Shown piece after piece: positions 27,870-36,864 of a stretch of 64,000 bases of DNA. Origin of the DNA: an uncultured Nitrospiraceae bacterium (GTDB lineage: Bacteria > Nitrospirota > Nitrospiria > Nitrospirales > Nitrospiraceae); assembly GCA_963846575.1 (NCBI GenBank), contig CAWJWJ010000002.1, positions 1,440,001-1,504,000 of the forward strand, written 5' to 3'. The translations under genes were made by a program, and so were the position numbers. Every line of letters starts with the position of its first letter. The stretch's first letter is position 1. Under the pieces are notes generated by a model. It saw only the letters and a program-made list of their open reading frames with translations, ran no database searches and had not been told where the DNA came from.

Positions 27870-28250
27870 CTATCTGGGAAGGGTCGGGGGCGGTAGTTCA
27901 GGCGCGGCGTTATCCATGACCCGAACGGCACGGCTCTGCTTGTCCAGTTTGAGCGTAATACGCTGGCCGGGGGACAAATTGATGAAGAGCTCTGGCTTCA
28001 CGATTTGAAAGGCCACCTGCTTACCCAGATCGGTGGTCAAGGTCCCTTTTTTTTCCGTCACGTTGACGCTGGCCAACGTACCGGAGACCGTTTCGTACTC
28101 CTCGCTGGAGGTTTCGGCATGCACCGCGGGGAGGCGGTTTATCTGGAGTGCCATGAATGTGCCGAGCAACGTTCCTCCCAATATGGCTCCCATAACGAGC
28201 CCGCGAAGGGCGGATGCGATCCTGTCGGCGGTGGGGTGTTCGAAGATCAT
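27870..28250 (-). CDS. Exported small OB-fold-like hypothetical protein
   Basis: AAGGAG RBS, hydrophobic signal, GTLASVNV...LSPGQRITL beta domain. Confidence 0.65.
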   Translation of the reverse strand: MIFEHPTADRIASALRGLVMGAILGGTLLGTFMALQINRLPAVHAETSSEEYETVSGTLASVNVTEKKGTLTTDLGKQVAFQIVKPELFINLSPGQRITLKLDKQSRAVRVMDNAAPELPPPTLPR

Positions 28251-28266
28251 GAGATGCTCCTTTTCG

Positions 28267-28554
28267 TTATCGCCCTTCGCCCTGTGAGGGGGGTGGCGAA
28301 CCGGGGCCATCGGGTGAACCGGGCATAAGCGGCGGTTCCGGCGTCGGGGACGGCACCGGCTGGGGATCGGTAGGCTTGGGAGCCGTGGGGCCAGGTCCGG
28401 GCTGGGGCATGGGGGCCGGCGCCTGTCCCAGGGCCGGGATGCCGCCAGTGACAACGATCCCGAAGAAACAGAGGGCAACCGCGGACACCTGAAACCGGAC
28501 GCTCCCGTCTCTGGTCGTCCCAGGCGGCTCAGGGCTTGCCTGCCTGGCGTTCAT
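28267..28554 (-). CDS. Proline-rich small membrane/exported protein
   Basis: ATGA overlap with the csp3 stop; hydrophobic segment, then a P-rich tail. Confidence 0.5.
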   Translation of the reverse strand: MNARQASPEPPGTTRDGSVRFQVSAVALCFFGIVVTGGIPALGQAPAPMPQPGPGPTAPKPTDPQPVPSPTPEPPLMPGSPDGPGSPPPSQGEGR

Positions 28555-28973
28555 CGCTGACTCGCGCCCGACGCGGGGGGCACCGCCTCAACGACCATTT
28601 TGTGGCAGATGTCCGCGCATCTCCGGCATTCTTTGGCGCAGTCGCCACAGAGCGGATGGTGCGGCGCATGTTCTTCGCAGACGCCGGCGCACACTTCGCA
28701 GATCTCCGCGCACAAAGCGCAGAGGCGGACTGAGAATGCGGATTGCCGCCCCATCCATTGTGCCGCAAGGAGACAGATGTCCGAGCATTCACGACAGAGC
28801 CGTATGCAACGGGCCATCAAGTCCTGATCGGCCTTTCCCCCCTGATGCGACATGCCGATCATGTCATCGCCGCAGGTATTACAGATACGTGCGCAAGCCA
28901 GACAGGCCTCGATACATTGGTCCACATGTGGTCCCATCGAGGGTTTTGTCGCCTGAGACATCTTGTCCGTCAT
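28551..28973 (-). CDS. Four-helix-bundle copper storage protein (Csp3/YhjQ, DUF326)
   Basis: 19 Cys in CxxxCxxC repeats, no signal peptide; GGAGG RBS. Confidence 0.9.
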   Translation of the reverse strand: MTDKMSQATKPSMGPHVDQCIEACLACARICNTCGDDMIGMSHQGGKADQDLMARCIRLCRECSDICLLAAQWMGRQSAFSVRLCALCAEICEVCAGVCEEHAPHHPLCGDCAKECRRCADICHKMVVEAVPPASGASQR

Positions 28974-29043
28974 CACTCACCTCCACCTTGTGATTCATGA
29001 CCAATCATGTGGCGACTGTAGCGCGTGATGCTGAGAGCCACTA

Positions 29044-29121
29044 CTAGGAATACCTCTTGGCGCCGTGGCCTGGCCGCCTAGGGGAGTGACTAGCTGTGCA
29101 GTAGATCAGGGAATCCGCTAA
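29044..29121. promoter_or_regulatory. Three boxes (CTAGGAATACCTCTTG 29044; CTAGGGGAGTGACTAG 29078; TCAGGGAATCCGCTAA 29106)
   Basis: Minus -10 TACAGT at 29020 (gap 23) toward csp3; plus TACAAC at 29144 (gap 22). Confidence 0.75.
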
Positions 29122-29149
29122 GGTTCTGACTGGCTGAAATTCTTACAAC

Positions 29150-31474
29150 ATGAACCGATGGATGAGCTATGGAGGTGTCGGTCTGGACCCGGTGAAACCA
29201 GAAGCACCGCTGAAGGCTGTTCCCTCTCGTGCGGGATTACCCCCTCCGGAGGTCGCAAGTAATTCGCCCCCTTTGCTAGTACCGGGACGCAACTGCTGGC
29301 GGCTCGAGCCCAGCGACCGGTCCGTGTTTCTCATCGATGGGGAAGCCTATTTCAGGGCCTTCCGGGATGTTGCGCTGCAGGCGAGGGACTCTATCAGAAT
29401 CGTGGGGTGGGACCTCGACACGAAAACCGATCTGGTCAGGGAGCCCGGCCTGTCGGACGGGGTCCCCACCAGTCTGGGTGCCTTTCTCGTGGAGTTGTTG
29501 CGCCGGCAACCACGGTTGCGGATCTATGTGCTCAATTGGGACTTCGCGATGATTTATGCGTTGGATCGCGAATGGCTGCCCACCAGTAGGCCTGACTTCA
29601 TCCGTCACCGCAGGCTCTTCTACCAGGCTGACGGCCAGCACCCGGTGGGAGCCTCGCACCATCAGAAGATCGTGGTCATTGACGACAGCATCGGCTTCAC
29701 GGGCGGGTTGGACCTCACCAAGTCCCGCTGGGATACGAGTGCGCATACGCGTGACGACGCCCGGCGGGTCGATGCGGACGGCAAACCCTATGCTCCGTTT
29801 CATGATGTGCAGATGATGGTGTCGGGCGAGGCGGCCGGCGCATTGGGAGAACTCGCCCGGCTCCGTTGGTTGAACGCGACCGGGCAGCGGCTTCCTGCCT
29901 CACGCCCGCGTCCGGTGGAGGATCTGTGGCCTGCCCGTATCCTGCCTGATGTGGAACAGTCTTCGATCGGCATTTTACGTACCCAGCCGGTCTATGAGAA
30001 ACAGGTTGAGATCCGTGAGATCCAACAGGCCTATCTCGACGGGATCAAGCGGGCCCGGACATCCATCTACATCGAGTCCCAATATTTTTCCGCGCAGGTC
30101 ATCGGCCGCGCCCTCGCAAGCAGGCTGACGGAGCCGGAAGGCCCGGATGTGGTGCTGGTCCTGCGCCACGATTGTGACGGCTGGCTGGAACGGCAGCTGA
30201 TGGACGGAATGCGTGCCCGGCTGCTCAAGGAGCTTGAATTGGCCGACCACTATGGCCGGCTGCGGGTCTATGCCCCGACGGTCCCCGGCACGGGTGGAGC
30301 CGAAAAGGTGCAGGTGCATAGCAAGGTACTGATCGTGGATGAGGAATTCGTCTGCCTGGGATCTGCGAATGTCTCCAACCGGTCTATGGGGTTTGATACG
30401 GAGTGTAATCTCGCGCTCGATTCCCGCGGTCAGCCGGGTCTACGCTCCGTGATCGCGTCGCTACGCAACCGGTTAGTCGGTGAACATCTTGGCGTCGAGC
30501 CCGATCTCGTGGGGGAACGCATCAACGGGCTGGGCTCGCTCATCGGAGCCATCGAAGCTCTGCGAGGGGGGAACCGGAGCCTGGAAGACGGCTGTTTCGA
30601 TACTTGTGATGCGGGTGTCGCCCATATAGCTGACCACCTTCTCGTAGACCCCGAGCGCCCGGTGGCCGCCGCAGACGTCCTGGGCACATTCGTCCACGAA
30701 AGGGAGCGCGAGAAAATCGGACGGCGGCTGGTTATGGCGGTGTCAGTGGTGGCGGCCTTAGGTGCGCTGGCGGCGGCCTGGCGCTGGACGCCCCTGGCGG
30801 CTGCGGTCAATATCGAAACCCTCGTCGGGGCCCTGGAAGCCCTGGGGCGCGGCCCCCTGGGATTCGTGACCTTGCTGAGCGGGTTCATCGCCGGTGGATT
30901 CCTGGCGGTTCCCATCACACTGCTCATCGCCGTCACGGTCATTGCGTATGGCCCCTGGTACGGCGCTCCCTTCGCGCTGGCAGGCTCGCTCCTGAGCGCC
31001 ATCGGCCTGTTCTCGCTCGGCCGGGCCTTGGGAAGATATCGCGTGCAACGCTGGGCCGGCCGACATGTCGCGCATCTGAGCCACCGTCTTGGGGAGCGCG
31101 GGCTCTGGGCCATGTTCATGGTGAGGATCCTGCCTATCGCGCCTTTCTCCGTGGTGAACCTTGTGGCGGGCTCGACGACGTTATCGTTCCGCGACTTCAT
31201 CCTGGGGTCCGCCCTCGGCCTATCGCCCGGTATTCTGGTCACGGCCACGATCGTCAACCGTCTTGAAGAGGTGGTGCGGAAACCGAGCCCCCTGGCCGTG
31301 GCCTTGCTGGCCCTCTTGATTGCCGGGGGCTGGGCCTTTGCCTGGTATCTGTCGGGACGATTGCTCACGAAACGCCCGCCGGCCCGTTTCGCCACCGGCG
31401 ACCCTCCCGCCGCGGCGCCTGGCGCTCCCCGCAAAGGAACCTCCCCTGATGCGCATGTTTGTAGCCTCCTATAA
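29150..31474 (+). CDS. Phospholipase D (cardiolipin-synthase-like) fused to a DedA/VTT domain
   Basis: Two HKD motifs (HQKIVVID, HSKVLIVD); C-terminal RILPIAPFSVVNLVAG DedA motif; start uncertain. Confidence 0.9.
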   Translation: MNRWMSYGGVGLDPVKPEAPLKAVPSRAGLPPPEVASNSPPLLVPGRNCWRLEPSDRSVFLIDGEAYFRAFRDVALQARDSIRIVGWDLDTKTDLVREPGLSDGVPTSLGAFLVELLRRQPRLRIYVLNWDFAMIYALDREWLPTSRPDFIRHRRLFYQADGQHPVGASHHQKIVVIDDSIGFTGGLDLTKSRWDTSAHTRDDARRVDADGKPYAPFHDVQMMVSGEAAGALGELARLRWLNATGQRLPASRPRPVEDLWPARILPDVEQSSIGILRTQPVYEKQVEIREIQQAYLDGIKRARTSIYIESQYFSAQVIGRALASRLTEPEGPDVVLVLRHDCDGWLERQLMDGMRARLLKELELADHYGRLRVYAPTVPGTGGAEKVQVHSKVLIVDEEFVCLGSANVSNRSMGFDTECNLALDSRGQPGLRSVIASLRNRLVGEHLGVEPDLVGERINGLGSLIGAIEALRGGNRSLEDGCFDTCDAGVAHIADHLLVDPERPVAAADVLGTFVHEREREKIGRRLVMAVSVVAALGALAAAWRWTPLAAAVNIETLVGALEALGRGPLGFVTLLSGFIAGGFLAVPITLLIAVTVIAYGPWYGAPFALAGSLLSAIGLFSLGRALGRYRVQRWAGRHVAHLSHRLGERGLWAMFMVRILPIAPFSVVNLVAGSTTLSFRDFILGSALGLSPGILVTATIVNRLEEVVRKPSPLAVALLALLIAGGWAFAWYLSGRLLTKRPPARFATGDPPAAAPGAPRKGTSPDAHVCSLL

Positions 31475-32165
31475 TATTCATCGCGGGTTCGGACGGGATG
31501 GACGGTACGATCCGACCCGCATTGTTCACGTGTTGCGGGAGCTGGGCGCGGATATTATTGGTCTTCAGGAGGTGGACGTGCTGGGACCGGATACGGTTCA
31601 GCTCTTACCCTGGCTGGCATCTCAACTGAACATGACTCCGATTGCGGGTGCGGTGCGGTCCACAGCGGAAGGGGATTATGGGAACGCGCTTCTCACCAGG
31701 CTTCCCATTGAGCGGGTAAGACGGTGGGACCTGTCCATCGGAGACCACGAGCCCCGGGGAGTACTCGACATCGATATGAACTGGAACGGTCGATCGATCC
31801 AGGTGTTAAACACCCATCTGGGACTGTGGCCCTCCGAACGTGCTCCTCAAGTAAAACGTTTGGTTGAACTATTAGATCTAAATAGACGCGAACTGACGAT
31901 TTTGATGGGGGATTTGAACGAGTGGATCAGCTGGGGGCAGTCGCTCAGAAAGCTGGAGCATGTCTTCGATAGAACGGATGCCCCCGGCACGTTTCCCTCG
32001 GGCTGGCCGATGCTGGCGTTGGACCGGATCTGGGTGGCCCCGGCCTCAGCGCTCGTGAATGTAGAAGCCCACCAGTCGGCGTTGAGTCAGATCGCGTCCG
32101 ACCATCTCCCCGTCATAGGAGAGATTTGTCTCGGAGAAGCCGACCGTGAACAGCCGCGGTCCTAA
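31449..32165 (+). CDS. Endonuclease/exonuclease/phosphatase-family protein (YbhP-like)
   Basis: SYNIH, LQEV, NTHLGL, GDLNEW, LDRIW, SDHLP. Confidence 0.92.
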   Translation: MRMFVASYNIHRGFGRDGRYDPTRIVHVLRELGADIIGLQEVDVLGPDTVQLLPWLASQLNMTPIAGAVRSTAEGDYGNALLTRLPIERVRRWDLSIGDHEPRGVLDIDMNWNGRSIQVLNTHLGLWPSERAPQVKRLVELLDLNRRELTILMGDLNEWISWGQSLRKLEHVFDRTDAPGTFPSGWPMLALDRIWVAPASALVNVEAHQSALSQIASDHLPVIGEICLGEADREQPRS

Positions 32166-32626
32166 GACTGCGCGACCAGCGGCAAATCGGAGGTCTCGGG
32201 AAGTTCGATGGAATATTGGCCATGCCCCAGATAAGTCAGGCGGAGCTGTCCGGCTCGGCTCAGCCGATCCACCTCGGAAAAGACCTGGTTCCAGGTGAGG
32301 GTGGGACAGGCACGGACCAGCATGTCCAGATCGCATTTCTGCACAGTGGCGAAGACATCCAGAATCGTGGCCGCAGCCGGGCTCAGGCCGCGTTCTGCTG
32401 CCAGGTCCGGACGCTCCGTCTTCCTGTCCGCCTTGGGCAGTGTGCCGAATCGCCTGGCACAGGGCGGGCAGTAGGTGTGGGTGAGGAGGTATTCGCCGTT
32501 CAAGATGTGGTGAAGTTTTAAAAATGTGCCCAGCGTGTCCCAGCGCTCCTTTGTTCCGGCCGTGTCGACATTCTCGCGCACTCTGTTGCATACACAGCAT
32601 ATGGGGATGACGATGGCGGCGTTCAT
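32162..32626 (-). CDS. Zinc-ribbon-like domain plus C-terminal winged-helix-like domain
   Basis: ICCVCNRVR...THTYCPPC; TWNQVFSEVDRLSRAGQLRL; GGAGGG RBS. Confidence 0.6.
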   Translation of the reverse strand: MNAAIVIPICCVCNRVRENVDTAGTKERWDTLGTFLKLHHILNGEYLLTHTYCPPCARRFGTLPKADRKTERPDLAAERGLSPAAATILDVFATVQKCDLDMLVRACPTLTWNQVFSEVDRLSRAGQLRLTYLGHGQYSIELPETSDLPLVAQS

Positions 32627-32703
32627 GGTACCCCTCCGGTTGGAATGAACTGCACAGAGACGACGTTGGATCGCATCCTACTTAGGTTGAAGTCTCCTGA
32701 AAA

Positions 32704-32719
32704 CTAGGGGCTGCCCTAG
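32704..32719 (-). promoter_or_regulatory. Perfect box CTAGGGGCTGCCCTAG
   Basis: Perfect 6-bp arms; -10 TAGGAT at 32680 (gap 23). Confidence 0.85.
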
Positions 32720-32764
32720 TTCTTTCGTAGGATTGGCAGGGGAAGCCACTGTCAAGAGCTTGGT

Positions 32765-32796
32765 TCCACGTCCCGGCCGGTAAGCCGGGACGTGGA
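32765..32796. repeat. Perfect 13-bp hairpin TCCACGTCCCGGC-CGGTAA-GCCGGGACGTGGA
   Basis: Downstream of 32835..33299; no U-tract. Confidence 0.7.
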
Positions 32797-32834
32797 GGTG
32801 GCAGGAACGGAACGATTGCCCGACGGCCGTAGAA

Positions 32835-33299
32835 CTACTGCGAGTCCGCCTTGTGACGCGACAGCTTCTGAATCAGCTCAGCGGCCCCTCCGTCCGAGGC
32901 CACGACCTTGACATAGTCCCCGGTTTGAAAGGTGCAGCCCTCCTTGCCCTTCGCAATAAACTCCAACCCCTGTCCCGGATTGTCGGCAGGGCTCTTGGAG
33001 GCGCTGGACGGCAGGTCCTTGACCGCTTCGCGGCTGGAAGACAAATCTGCGCCCGTTCCACTGGTGCAAATCACATTAGTGTCCTTCGTCACCCGCAAGT
33101 TGATCTCTTTGCCATGGTCGCCTTTGATGAAATATTCGTCGGCATGAATTCGATCAATCGTTCCGAAAATAGCCTTGTCCTGTCCTGCCTGGTTCGTCGC
33201 CTGATCCTTGTTGCTCGCTTCCGCCGTCCAGGGGATGCCGATGGCCACGAGCCCTGCGACGATTATGCCGGCTGAATCGAATCCTGTCCTCTGGGTCAT
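32835..33299 (-). CDS. Exported hypothetical protein
   Basis: AAGGAGG RBS; signal peptide ending AEA. Confidence 0.65.
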   Translation of the reverse strand: MTQRTGFDSAGIIVAGLVAIGIPWTAEASNKDQATNQAGQDKAIFGTIDRIHADEYFIKGDHGKEINLRVTKDTNVICTSGTGADLSSSREAVKDLPSSASKSPADNPGQGLEFIAKGKEGCTFQTGDYVKVVASDGGAAELIQKLSRHKADSQ

Positions 33300-33491
33300 C
33301 ACTACCTCCTTGATGAATGGTGAGGAGTCCGATCCGACATGGAGCGGACCCATACTCCTCATATCCTCCATGCTGGCCCGGGGCATCTGGAGATCCCCCT
33401 GGTCTCGACGTCGTCCAAACCATCATTTTGAAGCGGTAGATTCGCTGAAGGGCACTGTAGAGGAACGCGCCGAAGACATCGGGGACAGCTC

Positions 33492-35225
33492 TCAGGACGT
33501 ATGGTCGCCTCCCCCTGCCGGGACGGTGTACCGTTCTTCGATGGCGGCGCGGATCAACCGGCGGCTTTCCCCGGCCGGTAGTCCGGGCTGTTCTTCAACC
33601 TGGCGGATGGATTGCGCCAACGTCTCGTCTTTGATCATTTCAGCGGTCCAGGTTGAGTAGTCGTGAGCATGGAGATGGTGGAGCCAGGTTTCCTCGTCCA
33701 CACCGTCGGCCAGTTGCATGAAGAGCAGCAGGTTCTGAGCACGGAGATTCAACTGGCCCCGAGGGCCCTTGAAATAAAAACTTCGCTCCGGAGGCAGCTC
33801 GCCCTCGGCATACTTTCGCCGATGGCGGCGCCGTTGGACGGTACTGGGGGCGATTTCCACGATAGCAGGACGCTCCTGGGAGGCCCGATTCCATAGGACC
33901 GCATGGCCTGATTCAAGTTTGTAGTCCTCCATGATCGGTGCCCCCTGCCGGATCGCAGTGCAGTAGGTCCTGAGCGTCTTGTCCGGCGAAGTTCCCAGGG
34001 CGAAGAGCAGACTGGCGGTCTCCAGGATCGCAGGATCGATCTCCTCAGGATGCACCGTTACATAGATCATGCATCCCATCTCTCTTGCGAGGGCATGGGC
34101 GGTGGGATTGCCGCCCACGGGCAAGAGGTGGTGTGTTTCATCCACCAGGACCCAGTGAGGCCGTCCGGTCTGTGCGCGGAGTTCCCGCAGCTTCGGCAGC
34201 AGGTTCAGAAAGAAAGGGGGCCGGTCTTTTAATGGCAGGCCGACGAGATTGACCACCACATGATTGTTCGGATTGGCCAACGCCGTGAGAATTTCCGTCA
34301 TGCTGGGACCATCCTGAGCCGTGCCCAGGACAATCGCCTGAGGGAAGTCTTCATAGTCGCCCTCCGGATCGATCACGCAGACCTGATAGCCTTGTTCGCC
34401 GAGCCGCTCTACGAGCCCGGTGGCCAGCGTGGATTTTCCGCTGCCCGAGGTGCCGGCGAGCAGGAGATTCTGTCGCGCGGGATAGAAGACCATCTCCTCT
34501 CCGTCCTCCCGCCGGCCCAGGAGAACCCGGTGTCTTGAGACAGCCTGTTCTGATTGTTGAAGATCGTTGTCCACCAGATCGTCAATGATTTCTATGACGC
34601 CCATGCCGCGGGCTCCCGCAGTGGTGCGGTCGGCCGTCTGTTTCAGCATGGGCACCGCATTGGCCACGGCGACGGCATATTCGGAGAATGCCAGCATGGC
34701 ATGGTCGTTCTCTCCGTCGCCGATGGCCACGATGTTATGCGGAGACAGTTCCATCTGCTTGAGCGCCGCGGTCAGGCCGGTAGCTTTGTTCACGCCGTGG
34801 GGAAGGACCATCACTGCGCCCTTATTGAAAATGATGCGGAGTTCCAGGCCGAGGTCCCGGATCACGTCGAGGATGACGGATTCATAGGGGACACGCGTGG
34901 CGACGATGCAATGTCCGAGACTCAGGTGCTGCACCCCCCGACGCTGCACTTCCTCAAGAAATGCCGGCCGCGGAGCCTGGGCGAGCAGGGTGACCTCTTT
35001 GGTGGCCGGCCGATAAAGCACGCCGCCGTTTTCCGCCACGACCCAGTCGCAGAGCGAGAGCTGAGGAAATATTTCCAACAACTCCGGTAGGACCCGGCCT
35101 GTGACCAGGATCAGTTTGCGACCGGATGCCAGCAGCCGCTCGATGGCACTGACCGTTTCTGGGGTGACGATTCCGTCGGTCGCCAGGGTTCCGTCATAGT
35201 CGGCTGCCAAGGCCAGATAACGCAT
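33492..35225 (-). CDS. HAD-IIB (Cof-like) phosphatase fused to a P-loop ATPase (HerA/DUF87-like)
   Basis: DYDGT, TGR, GDGEND; GTSGSGKS Walker A, IDPEGDY, VLVDETHH Walker B. Confidence 0.88.
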   Translation of the reverse strand: MRYLALAADYDGTLATDGIVTPETVSAIERLLASGRKLILVTGRVLPELLEIFPQLSLCDWVVAENGGVLYRPATKEVTLLAQAPRPAFLEEVQRRGVQHLSLGHCIVATRVPYESVILDVIRDLGLELRIIFNKGAVMVLPHGVNKATGLTAALKQMELSPHNIVAIGDGENDHAMLAFSEYAVAVANAVPMLKQTADRTTAGARGMGVIEIIDDLVDNDLQQSEQAVSRHRVLLGRREDGEEMVFYPARQNLLLAGTSGSGKSTLATGLVERLGEQGYQVCVIDPEGDYEDFPQAIVLGTAQDGPSMTEILTALANPNNHVVVNLVGLPLKDRPPFFLNLLPKLRELRAQTGRPHWVLVDETHHLLPVGGNPTAHALAREMGCMIYVTVHPEEIDPAILETASLLFALGTSPDKTLRTYCTAIRQGAPIMEDYKLESGHAVLWNRASQERPAIVEIAPSTVQRRRHRRKYAEGELPPERSFYFKGPRGQLNLRAQNLLLFMQLADGVDEETWLHHLHAHDYSTWTAEMIKDETLAQSIRQVEEQPGLPAGESRRLIRAAIEERYTVPAGGGDHTS

Positions 35226-35308
35226 TCCGCCCACCCCTTCCCTAAGGCCCACATGCCTCTGTTGTCGGTTTACCGGATCAAGCTACCGGCTTTAGTTTCC
35301 CGAGGCAG

Positions 35309-35336
35309 CTAGGAAGTCTCCTAGGGAAGTTCCGAG
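35309..35336. promoter_or_regulatory. Two overlapping boxes sharing a CTAG (CTAGGAAGTCTCCTAG / CTAGGGAAGTTCCGAG)
   Basis: First box has perfect arms; minus -10 TAGCTT at 35285 (gap 23). Confidence 0.8.
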
Positions 35337-35389
35337 CTGGCCTGCTCTCTGATCCATGACAGAAGAATGTATAAACTGGGGTAGACGAG

Positions 35390-36394
35390 ATGGCCGGTGC
35401 CCGTCATGGTCTGTGGATCAGTCGTATCTGCATCGTACTCTTGCTGACAACGGCCTGCATAGGCTGTACGACGCTGGTCCCACCGACCCGGCAGGGATCG
35501 GCGACCGAATCAACCCAGCGCTGCGCGCCAGCCATGACCAAGCGGGCGCGTGCAGCTACTGCGTCGCGCCATCAGGATCAGGCCGCGTCGCCGGCTCCGG
35601 CTCAGTCGCCATTCAGTGCCGACGCGAGGCGCGTGGCGGACGTGATCGGCGTGTTGCCTGTACTCGATAAGATAGCCAGCAGGAAGGCGTCTCGGGAGGA
35701 GAGCCGACTGGATATCTTAATACTTCGTCAGCGCCTGACCGATCAGGTCCTGTTGACCCTCTTCGAAGTGGCCTCGGCCACGGCGGAGTTGACCTGTGAA
35801 CGGGACCGGGCCGCTCAGGTTGCGGACCGTCTCGACGCACTCGATAACGCACGGGTCAAGCGGTTGACCATTGCCTCTATCGTATTGGGGGGGATCGCGG
35901 GAGTCATCACCGGCGGCGTGGGACTGGCGGCTGGCGCCAGCACGGCGGGGGATGCCGCCGAAGTGGCGGGCGGGGTGTTCGCCTCCTGGTTCGGCGTCTC
36001 GGCGCTCTTTATCCACTCCGAAGCCGACTTTCGTCATGACCGGAATGCCTTGCAAGAGGTCTGGGGGAATCCGTCGGAGTCGACGATCTTTTCTCCGGTC
36101 ATCTGGCGGTTTTTGCATAACACCCACACGGAAGGTATGAACGCGCCGCGCGACGAGGTCGTGGATGCATGGCGACAGGCCGGACGGTTGGGCGCCAATG
36201 GATCGGAGGACGAACATCACCGGCAGGATCTGTTCTTCGGTTCAGGAGGCCGGTACGGGGCGGCCGAGTTGCGTGCACGTTCCTCCATGCTGGAAACCCT
36301 GGAAGCGTCGATCAGATTGATGCATGAGGAACTGGAAGTGCTGCTCCGGGAAATTGTCGAGCAGACGAAGCAAACCCCCGAGACGGCTCGATAA
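35390..36394 (+). CDS. Hypothetical lipoprotein
   Basis: Lipobox CIGC; internal Gly/Ala-rich hydrophobic hairpin. Confidence 0.7.
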   Translation: MAGARHGLWISRICIVLLLTTACIGCTTLVPPTRQGSATESTQRCAPAMTKRARAATASRHQDQAASPAPAQSPFSADARRVADVIGVLPVLDKIASRKASREESRLDILILRQRLTDQVLLTLFEVASATAELTCERDRAAQVADRLDALDNARVKRLTIASIVLGGIAGVITGGVGLAAGASTAGDAAEVAGGVFASWFGVSALFIHSEADFRHDRNALQEVWGNPSESTIFSPVIWRFLHNTHTEGMNAPRDEVVDAWRQAGRLGANGSEDEHHRQDLFFGSGGRYGAAELRARSSMLETLEASIRLMHEELEVLLREIVEQTKQTPETAR

Positions 36395-36408
36395 GGATGG
36401 AGGTGACG

Positions 36409-36849
36409 ATGAGGTCGAGAAATCTGCTGACGCGCGACGCAGGTCTGTTCAACCGCTTGGCGAACGAAGCCTCCCGGGTCATGGGAAGCGTGGCCGCGTT
36501 CGGGGCGGCGCTGGGCATCGTGATCGTCTGGGGCCTGACCGGTCCGCTCTTTGAGTACAGTGATACGTGGCAGCTGGTTATCAATACGGGAACGACCATC
36601 GTAACGTTTCTGATGGTCTTCCTGATCCAGAATACGCAGAACCGGGACAGTGCGGCGATCCAATTGAAGCTGGACGAAATGATACGGTCCACCGAAGGCG
36701 CTCACAATGCCTTGCTTGATCTGGAGAAGCTGAGCGTGAACGACCTTGAAGAGATTCGCACCCTCTATCAAAAGCTCGCGGAAAAAGCCCGTCGCGAACG
36801 GCAGGGCGGGTGGGGAGATACGGGCACGCCGGATGTGAACCCGGCGTGA
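36409..36849 (+). CDS. Low-affinity iron permease (Fet4)-family small membrane protein
   Basis: SDTWQLVINTGTTIVTFLMVFLIQNTQNRD..AIQLKLDE signature. Confidence 0.9.
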   Translation: MRSRNLLTRDAGLFNRLANEASRVMGSVAAFGAALGIVIVWGLTGPLFEYSDTWQLVINTGTTIVTFLMVFLIQNTQNRDSAAIQLKLDEMIRSTEGAHNALLDLEKLSVNDLEEIRTLYQKLAEKARRERQGGWGDTGTPDVNPA

Positions 36850-36864
36850 ATCCCCGGCCGCCGG

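Noticed and set aside
30430..31434. Long antisense/shadow ORFs (also 20617-21579, 25735-26766, 42502-43668, 50607-51542, 53255-54172, 62465-63403)
   Set aside because: They overlap confident genes and have no motifs, which is typical of high-GC codon bias.
32765..32796. REP/MITE-like element
   Set aside because: Single copy in the window with no target-site duplication; kept only as a hairpin.
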